Source: a bacterium (lineage in GTDB: Bacteria > Chloroflexota > Dormibacteria > Aeolococcales > Bog-877). Taken from it: DNA of 60,342 nucleotides. A program made the translations under genes and the position numbers. This document shows positions 53,680-60,342 of this stretch, piece after piece. The stretch's first letter is position 1. Every line of letters begins with the position of its first letter. The notes beneath the pieces were generated by a model, which was not told the origin of the DNA, made no database searches, and was given only the letters and a program-made list of their open reading frames with translations. The stretch covers positions 1 to 60,342 of the forward strand of contig JAJZJU010000001.1 of NCBI GenBank assembly GCA_021809895.1, given 5' to 3'.

Positions 53680-54763
53680 TAATGGAACTCCTGGCGCCAA
53701 TCCGCGACAGCTGGTCTGCCAGCGCAAGGCTGGCTGACAGCATCCTCTGGTCGATATGGGCCAGGGGCACCTGGCGGGCCTCCGCCTGGTGAGCTGCCTT
53801 GGGGATCCAGGGCAGGCTCATCACTTCCAGCCCCTGTTGGGAGAGTTGCAGGCGCAGCTCTCTAAGATCGCAAGCGGCGTTGGTGACCGCCAGGCAGTCG
53901 CCCCTCCGAAGGGCGGAATTCTGCTCCACATATCTCATGGTGCGGATGCAGTTGCGCTGATGGCTCTCCCCCGAGGCGGTCGGTAGGAGTACAGCCGAGG
54001 CCCGCTCCAGCCAGAATCTGATCGCCAACGAGTCGAGCCCGAGGCAGCGGCCTGCATCCACGACGATGACCTGGAAAGTTGGTTGCAGCAGGTGGTCGAA
54101 GAGGTAGTCAAGATGTTCCCGGCCGACCGATGCGGCCTGGCGCTCATTCGCAGGGGCAAACAGACAGAGGAAGCCGAGGTCCGCGGTGGTGAAGAGGCAG
54201 CCGTCAAGGTTCCGACTGCCATCCTGCACAGCTGCGAGGCGCAGGACCAGCTGGTCCAATCGCGCCAAGGGTGCCAGGTCGTGGCCCGATCGGCTCGCTC
54301 CCAGGCGCAGATCGAGATCCGGATCGGCGGCATCAGCATCAACCAGCAGCACCCGCCGCCCTTCCCTGCCGCGCCCGAAGGCGTAGGCGAGGTCGATGGA
54401 GATGCTGCTCCGTCCGACCCCCCCCTTGCCGCCCAAGACCAGGACGACCAGAGGCCCAGGGAATTGGGGGGCCGACAGGGAGAACTCCGACCGACGACCT
54501 CCCGCTCCCAGGATCGCGGGCAGATTCGACGCGCCACCCCGGAAACGGCCGCGGACGGGCCAACGCCAAGCGGGAAGCAGCCTGGTCAATCCGCCACCAT
54601 GGGAGGCGGAGGGTGGGGGAGGTTCGGCCAGCAGCAGAAGCGGGTGCTGGGGCAGGGGTCGGTTGGGTACAGGGGTGTTGTGCCAGGTGAGACTGCCGCG
54701 GCTGGAAAGCTCGGGCGGGGGGGGCGGCAGAGTAATCGGGCGGGAACTCTGTGGTGGCTGCAT
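53669..54763 (-). CDS. TadZ/CpaE-like ParA/MinD-fold protein with Pro-rich N-terminal region
   Basis: LVVLVLGGKGGVGRSSISIDLAYAF deviant Walker A with Arg in place of the P-loop Lys. ...VLLVDADAADPDL. About 110 aa Pro/Leu-rich N-terminus. Confidence 0.7.
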   Translation of the reverse strand: MQPPQSSRPITLPPPPPELSSRGSLTWHNTPVPNRPLPQHPLLLLAEPPPPSASHGGGLTRLLPAWRWPVRGRFRGGASNLPAILGAGGRRSEFSLSAPQFPGPLVVLVLGGKGGVGRSSISIDLAYAFGRGREGRRVLLVDADAADPDLDLRLGASRSGHDLAPLARLDQLVLRLAAVQDGSRNLDGCLFTTADLGFLCLFAPANERQAASVGREHLDYLFDHLLQPTFQVIVVDAGRCLGLDSLAIRFWLERASAVLLPTASGESHQRNCIRTMRYVEQNSALRRGDCLAVTNAACDLRELRLQLSQQGLEVMSLPWIPKAAHQAEARQVPLAHIDQRMLSASLALADQLSRIGARSSINGR

Positions 54764-55359
54764 CAGCAGGACGCTCCCGGGGGACTTCCAGCCAGCACCG
54801 GCGTGGTGTATCCGTGCGCCAACCAGGCGGTCGCCCGTGCCTGGACCACCAGTTGCGACCAGGGGCCCAGGCCAAGCAGGGGCATCTGCCCGGTCCGCCA
54901 GACCAGGACCTCGACGCCCTCATCCTGTCCCACCGCCCCAGCAATTTGCTCACAGCGAGTGCGCACGGCCAGTTCGCATCCCTGGGGTTGCCCCGGAACC
55001 GGGTGCAGGGATCCTACCGGCTCGATCAAGCAGCGGCTACCTGCCTGGGGCATCTGCGCGCCTACCGCGGCCGCGACGACCTGGGAGGCGTCGCCAATGC
55101 CATTCCCGCAGCTAGCGCCACCATCCGGGAACACGCAGACCCGGAACTGGCCGGTCTTGTTGAGGGCGGTGACATCCACCGCCTGAGATCCAGCCTCGGC
55201 CCCCGACTGGGCGGTGGCGACCACCTCTGAGTGCTCCATCAAAAGGACGCCGCCGTCCACGGCTAATGCGGTGACGGGAAGCAGCAGCAGGGGCAGCAGC
55301 AGCGCGAAGAGCGGGAGCAACTGGCCCGCCTGCGACCACCAGGAACGGTCAGCAGTCAT
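54763..55359 (-). CDS. TadG/TadE-like pilus assembly protein
   Basis: ATG 55359. N-terminal GQLLPLFALLLPLLLLPVTALAVDGGVLL resembles the TadG N-terminal motif. Confidence 0.55.
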   Translation of the reverse strand: MTADRSWWSQAGQLLPLFALLLPLLLLPVTALAVDGGVLLMEHSEVVATAQSGAEAGSQAVDVTALNKTGQFRVCVFPDGGASCGNGIGDASQVVAAAVGAQMPQAGSRCLIEPVGSLHPVPGQPQGCELAVRTRCEQIAGAVGQDEGVEVLVWRTGQMPLLGLGPWSQLVVQARATAWLAHGYTTPVLAGSPPGASC

Positions 55360-55927
55360 CGCCGGTCGGATCCTGGCTGGGGTCGCGGCTTCGGAATGGG
55401 TCGATCTTCTGAATCGAGGAGGCCCGCAGGCTGGGCGACATCCATGCCCCCAAAAGCGGTATCCATTGCAGATTGGGCCGGTAGGCGATGACCACCTCGA
55501 CATCCCCGTCCGTCAGCCCGCTCGAGTTGGGTGGGCCACCGACCCGGCAGAAGCTGTCCAGAGCGGCGCCGTAACCGAACCAGATCTGAGCCGACCCTCC
55601 TCCGGCGACAGTCGGCATGGTCCCCGCGTCCGGGGCCGGACCTACGCACCTCCCTCCACCCAGCTGGCGGATCGGGCCGCTGAGCAACCCCGAGCTCTCC
55701 TCCTCCACAAGGTGAAGCTCCTGGGTCGCCTGCTGACAAGCGCTCTGGGCATCAACCGCCCGAGCGGCCACTAGCGCGGCCGCACTGCTGGCGGTGTTCA
55801 TCGCCATCTGAGTACGTGCCAGTTGCACCACCGCCACAGCCCCGCAGCCGAGCAGCAGGGTCAACGGCAGGACCAGCGCCAGCTCCAGGAGGGCCTGACC
55901 GCCTGCGGGCTCTCGTGGTCCGCTCAA
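55349..55927 (-). CDS. TadE-like pseudopilin
   Basis: TTG 55927 (TTGA overlap). GGQALLELALVLPLTLLLGCGAVAVVQL is a TadE N-terminal motif. Confidence 0.6.
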   Translation of the reverse strand: MSGPREPAGGQALLELALVLPLTLLLGCGAVAVVQLARTQMAMNTASSAAALVAARAVDAQSACQQATQELHLVEEESSGLLSGPIRQLGGGRCVGPAPDAGTMPTVAGGGSAQIWFGYGAALDSFCRVGGPPNSSGLTDGDVEVVIAYRPNLQWIPLLGAWMSPSLRASSIQKIDPFRSRDPSQDPTGDDC

Positions 55928-56586
55928 GAGAAAGCCTCGACCGCCAAGCGCAGACGGCTGGCGACCGGTATGGTCCCCGGGCCGGACGAGCCGATCCAGG
56001 GGACGATCGCTCGCAGGCCGCCGGCGACCCAGACATCCACCGCCCGGGGGGGCCAGGACGTGTACGCGACACAGATGGCGACGCGACCGGCGACGGCGGC
56101 GGCGGCACAGGGAGCCATGGTGGCCGCAGATCCAAAACACCCCCCGCCATGACAGCCAGGGTTCTGGGGCCCGTCCAGGTCACTGGGAAGAGGTCCGTAC
56201 GTGTAGGGCGCGTTGCTGTTCGTGGAGACGCTGTTGCACAACTCTTGGGTCCCGGGCTGAGGGATACCGGACTGATATCGCACGCACTCCAGGGAACCCC
56301 AGCAGGATGTCCCTGCGCCCGGACAGAGCGTGAGGGTCGCCATCCCGGCCACCTCCGGACTGAGAGCGTTTCGGGCTGCCGTCGCCCCGCTTTCAAGCGT
56401 GAGAGTCGGGTTGGAGTTGAGCGGAGCGCCGGAAGCCGTCCGGGCACCGGCCAGGGCAGCGGTCTGCACCCCCTCTTGCGCCAGTGCCAGGAGCCCCAAC
56501 TGGATCGCTCCCAAGGTCGCCAACAGGAATATCGTGACCCCCAGAGCCATTTCGACCATGGACTGTCCCGATTCCCGCTGCCTCAA
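55924..56586 (-). CDS. TadE-like pseudopilin
   Basis: TTG 56586 (TTGA overlap). ESGQSMVEMALGVTIFLLATLGAIQLG is a TadE N-terminal motif. Confidence 0.6.
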   Translation of the reverse strand: MRQRESGQSMVEMALGVTIFLLATLGAIQLGLLALAQEGVQTAALAGARTASGAPLNSNPTLTLESGATAARNALSPEVAGMATLTLCPGAGTSCWGSLECVRYQSGIPQPGTQELCNSVSTNSNAPYTYGPLPSDLDGPQNPGCHGGGCFGSAATMAPCAAAAVAGRVAICVAYTSWPPRAVDVWVAGGLRAIVPWIGSSGPGTIPVASRLRLAVEAFS

Positions 56587-57524
56587 GACAGCGCTCCGGA
56601 CAGCCGCTCCAGGGCCGGATAGAGAACGATGATGACGAACGGCAACAGGATGCAACTCGCCACCGGCAACAGCATGGTCACCAGAGCCCGCCGACCGCGA
56701 GTCGTCAGGTCGTCCCGTTGCCGGTCGCGCAGACCCCGGGCCAGGCGTCCTAACGGAGTGGCGGTGGAGATGCCCTCCAGGCGCTGCAGTCTGACCACCG
56801 CGGCAAGGGCTGCCAGCGGCGGAATGCCGAGCTCGGCGGCCGCCTGCTCGAGCTGGGCGTCGAGCGGAGGCGTCCCGGCTGTAGCCGACCCTGCCAGGCA
56901 GGTGCGCAGGACAGCGGCCGCATCACCGCGGACCCGGCTGACCACCAGTTCCATGGCCCGGCGCGAGCTGACGCCGCCACCACTCTGCTCCAACGACATC
57001 AGGTCGACCAGAATTGGTATCTGAGCGAAGATCGCGGCGCGGCGGCGGGCGCCCGCGCGCAGCACTCTGTAGAGGTCCACCAGCACCGGAACCACGCTCG
57101 CCGGGAGGATGACCGAGGCCGGGATCAGGCCCAGCAGAGCCGGTGCCGTCAGCAGGCAGACCACCAGCGCAAAGACCAGCGCCCAGCTTGCGATAAGCTC
57201 CTCAGGGGGATCTTCGCGGGCAGCACTGCGCAGTCTGACGGCCAGCCAGCTCACCACCTCTGCCGGCAACGCGGGCTCGATGGCGCGGACCAGGGTGCGG
57301 GCGGGCCGACCGAGGAGCCGATGGGACCCTGGCCGGGAGGCGGTCATTCGGCTGGCGGCGCGAGCGTCTAGCCAGTCTTCAAAAGTCCTGCGGCGGGGCC
57401 AGGCCACGAAGATCGCGACCGCGCTGAGAGCCAGAACCCCGGCGCCTGCCACCCCACCGAGCACCCATTTATAGGACCCGGATAGCGGCAGGGCCACGGC
57501 CACAACGGCGAGCTCAGCGGTCAC
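56583..57524 (-). CDS. tadC: type II secretion system F-family membrane protein (TadC)
   Basis: 313 aa, T2SSF-like TM plus cytoplasmic-domain layout. GTGA overlap with tadB. Confidence 0.7.
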   Translation of the reverse strand: MTAELAVVAVALPLSGSYKWVLGGVAGAGVLALSAVAIFVAWPRRRTFEDWLDARAASRMTASRPGSHRLLGRPARTLVRAIEPALPAEVVSWLAVRLRSAAREDPPEELIASWALVFALVVCLLTAPALLGLIPASVILPASVVPVLVDLYRVLRAGARRRAAIFAQIPILVDLMSLEQSGGGVSSRRAMELVVSRVRGDAAAVLRTCLAGSATAGTPPLDAQLEQAAAELGIPPLAALAAVVRLQRLEGISTATPLGRLARGLRDRQRDDLTTRGRRALVTMLLPVASCILLPFVIIVLYPALERLSGALS

Positions 57525-58447
57525 GGCGTCCGTCTCGAAGCGGCGAGTTCCCAGTTCGCCCGAGACTCCGGGACAGCGGCTGAAGCGGAGTCGCCGGCGA
57601 CGATCACCTGATCGAGGTCGGTGAGCCGCAGGATTCTGGTCATCCAGAGATAACCGAGCACGATGAGCGCCAGCAGAAGGGCCAGGATGAGCTGCCCGCC
57701 CAGGGAGTGATAGGGCCCCAGGTACGCTGGGTTCACCACCCGCAGCACCACTATCAGAAGCAGCGGCATGAGCGCTATCACGAGCGCTCCGAGGCGTCCC
57801 TGGGCCTGCTCCGCCCGCACCTGGTCCTCGGCCGCTTGGATCTGGTGGGCGGCGCGGGCCAGCTCATCGAGAAGCGGCGCAATCCGCCCCCCTGAGCGCC
57901 CACCGACAGAGAGCGTGGTGGCGATCAGAGTGAAGAGCGGCTGCCGCATCCTGGCGTCGGCCTCCACCAGAGCCTGTTCCAGAGAGACCTGTTGCAACCT
58001 GGCCACCACCCTCTCCAGCTCAGGTCGTAGTTCGGCCGGCCCGCTGTCAGCCAGCACCTGCAGGGACTGGCGCACTCCATGGCCTGCCGGCAATAGCTGA
58101 GCGAGCAGGTCCACCGCCGCCACCAATTGGTCCCGGGTGCGCGCTCGAGCGCTTGCCTTGCGCCAGCCCGCCATCGCCCTCTCCATCAAGATCCCAAGGC
58201 CAGCCAGCGTGAGGGCCGGCAGGGGAAGTCCCAGGATGAGCCAGGCGACGACACCCACCCCGGCCCCGGCCATGAGGCTGGGGATAGTCGACGCGGCACG
58301 CTTGCGCCAGGCGACTCGGTGCCAAAGGGAGGCGGTCCCATGCCTGGGTTCGCGCTGAGCCGGACTTACAAAAAGCCAGGCGAGCAGGGCGGCGGCAAAC
58401 GCCGCCAGCGCCCCCAGCAGCAAGAGCGAGATGCCGATCGAGAGCAT
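57521..58447 (-). CDS. tadB: type II secretion system F-family membrane protein (TadB)
   Basis: 308 aa, T2SSF-like. Lies directly after the ATPase gene. Confidence 0.7.
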   Translation of the reverse strand: MLSIGISLLLLGALAAFAAALLAWLFVSPAQREPRHGTASLWHRVAWRKRAASTIPSLMAGAGVGVVAWLILGLPLPALTLAGLGILMERAMAGWRKASARARTRDQLVAAVDLLAQLLPAGHGVRQSLQVLADSGPAELRPELERVVARLQQVSLEQALVEADARMRQPLFTLIATTLSVGGRSGGRIAPLLDELARAAHQIQAAEDQVRAEQAQGRLGALVIALMPLLLIVVLRVVNPAYLGPYHSLGGQLILALLLALIVLGYLWMTRILRLTDLDQVIVAGDSASAAVPESRANWELAASRRTP

Positions 58448-58449
58448 GG

Positions 58450-59826
58450 CTATGAGGCGCTCGCAGAGTCGAGCAGCCGCCCCAGCAGGCTGTTGACCGC
58501 GATTCCAGCCCCATCAAGTTTGTCTTGGATCTTGGGCGGAAGATCATCGAGCCTGGTCAGATCCCAGGCCCAGTTGCCGCGCGCCCGCTGATAGTGGCAC
58601 ACGCTCTCCAGCAGCGGCAGGTCCCCCTCGACCTGCCCGGTGACCAGGCCCACCGCTTGGATGACACGCTGGTCGGCCCCGTCGGATCGCCGCATGCGGG
58701 ACAGGTGAATCACCAGATCCACCTTGGCCGCCAACTCTCTGGCGATTGCCCCTGGGTCAGCCCTGGCCTGGGCGGGGTGGCGGCGGACCAGCCCGGCCAG
58801 GCGGAGCAGGGCGTCGCGTGCGCTGTTGGCGTGGAGGGTGGTGCCGCTGCCGTCGTGACCGGTGCCCATGGCGTCGACCACGTCCAGAGCCTCCGCCCCG
58901 CGGCACTCGCCGACGAAGATCCGGTCCGGGCGCTGGCGTAGTGCGTTGCGCACCAGCTGCTGGATGGTGACCTCGCCGCGCCCCTCGGTGTTCGAGTCGC
59001 GCGCCTCCAGGGAGATGGTGTTGCGCCGCCCCCCTTGGGCGGTCCGAAGGTGGAGCTCCCGCTGGTCTTCGATTGTGATCACCCGCTCCCAGGCCGGCAC
59101 CTCGTTTATGAGCAGGCGCAGAAGTGTGGTCTTACCCGAGCCGGTGCTTCCGGAGACGATGAGATTCAGACGCGCCTTCACCGCCGCCTGGAGGAGGGGG
59201 ATCAACTCCCAGGGCAGGGTCTCCACGCGCGCTAGGTCGGCCAGCCGGCCAAATCTGGCCAGCTGGTGGCGGCGGATGGTCACCGCCATCGGCACCGCCA
59301 CCGGTGGGAGCACCGCGTTGAGGCGGGAACCGTCCTCCATGGTGGCGGTCACCATGGGATTGGCACGGTCCAGGTGGGCGGAGCCCGAGCCGAGAAGGCG
59401 CTGAACCGTGGCGAGCAGCGCCTCCTCGCTTTCGAAGTGGATCCCTGATGCCTGCTGGCTGCCGTCCCGGACCACCAGGACCTCGTCCGGCCCGTTGACG
59501 ATCACCTCTTCGACCAAGGGGTCCGCCAGGAGTTCCGCGAGCGGGCCGAGGGGGGTCACATGGGCCAACAGCCTGCGGCGCACCTCCTCGTACCCCTGGA
59601 CGGTCAGGGTTGGCCGGCGCCGGTGCGGCGCGGCGGAGTGGTAGTTCCGGATCTCCCCCTGCACCAGGGAAGCGATCCAGTTGCGGTCGTCGACCTTGAG
59701 CTCGGTGTCGGAGCGCCTCTCCAGCTCCTCGGTGACCTTCGCCCGCACCGACGTCAGAAGCTCCGCCTCGATGGCATCCAGCGCGTCCATCGCGGGCTCG
59801 GGCAGTCCGGGCTGCACGATGCTCAC
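58450..59826 (-). CDS. tadA: CpaF/TadA secretion ATPase
   Basis: LIVSGSTGSGKTTLLRLL Walker A, ERVITIEDQRELHL, RQRPDRIFVGECRGAEA Walker B region, GTGHDGSGTTLHANS. Confidence 0.9.
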   Translation of the reverse strand: MSIVQPGLPEPAMDALDAIEAELLTSVRAKVTEELERRSDTELKVDDRNWIASLVQGEIRNYHSAAPHRRRPTLTVQGYEEVRRRLLAHVTPLGPLAELLADPLVEEVIVNGPDEVLVVRDGSQQASGIHFESEEALLATVQRLLGSGSAHLDRANPMVTATMEDGSRLNAVLPPVAVPMAVTIRRHQLARFGRLADLARVETLPWELIPLLQAAVKARLNLIVSGSTGSGKTTLLRLLINEVPAWERVITIEDQRELHLRTAQGGRRNTISLEARDSNTEGRGEVTIQQLVRNALRQRPDRIFVGECRGAEALDVVDAMGTGHDGSGTTLHANSARDALLRLAGLVRRHPAQARADPGAIARELAAKVDLVIHLSRMRRSDGADQRVIQAVGLVTGQVEGDLPLLESVCHYQRARGNWAWDLTRLDDLPPKIQDKLDGAGIAVNSLLGRLLDSASAS

Positions 59827-60342
59827 GATTCGGCCCCAGACCGCTCCATGAGGCCCGGCACCACTCTTGGCCCGGGGTCAGGCACAGGATCCCGGGAGGG
59901 GCCGTGAAATATGTGGGTGGCCACAGCCCGCGTCGCGGCCCGCAGTGGTGCTCGCAATTCACCCTCGATGACAGCCGGTCTCTGGACACTGTCCGCCCGC
60001 AGGCACGCCCGGCGATTGAAGGGGATGGTGGCGACCAACGGCATCCCGTATCGCCGCAGGAAGGCGGTGTCGGCGACGGTCAGGGTGGCTTGACCAGCCC
60101 CATTGAGCACGGCCAGGCTTGGCTTGGCTCGCAAGGGGTTTGCCAGCGCGGACCGCACCACCCGATCGAACAGGTCGACGCCGACGGGGGTCGGCGCGAC
60201 CACCCAGCACAGCGTCTGACATCTGAGCGCGTGCGCCACCGTTAGGTGGGACTCGAGCGGCCCCAGGTCCACCACGATCAGGTCATGGTCATGACTCAGC
60301 ATGGCGATCACGGAATCGAACGTCTCGGGGGCGACCAGCCCA
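59823..60342 (-). CDS. ParA/MinD-fold CpaE/TadZ-like protein, C-terminal part (5' end beyond window)
   Basis: The frame stays open to the window edge (...GLVAPETFDSVIAMLSHDHDLIVVDLGP...). This is the typical ...D.vviD.pp... segment. 4-nt overlap with tadA. Confidence 0.6.
   Translation of the reverse strand, partial: GLVAPETFDSVIAMLSHDHDLIVVDLGPLESHLTVAHALRCQTLCWVVAPTPVGVDLFDRVVRSALANPLRAKPSLAVLNGAGQATLTVADTAFLRRYGMPLVATIPFNRRACLRADSVQRPAVIEGELRAPLRAATRAVATHIFHGPSRDPVPDPGPRVVPGLMERSGAES

Noticed and set aside
1-60342. CRISPR arrays, rRNA genes, IS elements or transposases, reverse transcriptases, large defence enzymes (helicase/nuclease/cyclase systems)
   Set aside because: I scanned both strands and the ORF track. 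I found no regularly spaced short repeats, no DDE/HUH/RT motifs and no rRNA-like sequence. The only recombinase is the tyrosine integrase at 18402-19346.

Overview
High-GC, actinobacterial-type chromosomal window (GC judged by eye, not computed) with tightly packed genes, many GTG/TTG starts and many 1-, 4- or 11-nt start/stop overlaps. Left core, minus strand: a glpF-dhaK-dhaL-glpK glycerol/dihydroxyacetone operon. It is followed by an ArsR-ino1-acyltransferase-acyltransferase-pimA-pgsA cluster for phosphatidylinositol(-mannoside) synthesis. Next come a lone dynamin-like GTPase, an MFS transporter, a Zn-ADH with a PucR regulator, and gltX flanked by tRNA-Glu(UUC) and tRNA-Gln(CUG). Centre, about 18.25-40.24 kb: directly after tRNA-Gln sit a tyrosine recombinase and about 22 kb of accessory DNA. 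This DNA ends at a decayed copy of the tRNA-Gln anticodon-to-T-arm region, so I read it as an old, degenerating integrated island. The island carries about ten toxin-antitoxin-like modules or remnants: VapBC x4 (one with a nonsense codon) plus a vapC fragment, MazEF x2, a Phd-like/HicA-like hybrid, a degenerate MNT/HEPN-like pair, and DUF2442 with a DUF4160 remnant. It also holds a TetR-ABC efflux module with a perfect operator palindrome, GNAT, SAM-methyltransferase and APH-like kinase genes, and a stand-alone double Clp_N protein. A 1.1 kb direct repeat brackets three of the TA operons. Right core: upp, a DUF302 gene, a cupredoxin-like membrane protein, and a phosphofructokinase with PPi-type signature residues. 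Then a cobalamin riboswitch precedes a DUF4430 lipoprotein and an ECF transporter. These are followed by RDD, GNAT, MFS and Eis-like genes, and a Tad/Flp-type pilus operon that runs off the window end. I found no CRISPR array, rRNA or transposase. I see no clearly unprecedented multi-gene system. The best candidates for follow-up are the island architecture, the hybrid TA module, the Clp_N protein and the riboswitch-ECF-lipoprotein unit. All homology calls are motif recognition by eye and need HMM or BLAST confirmation.
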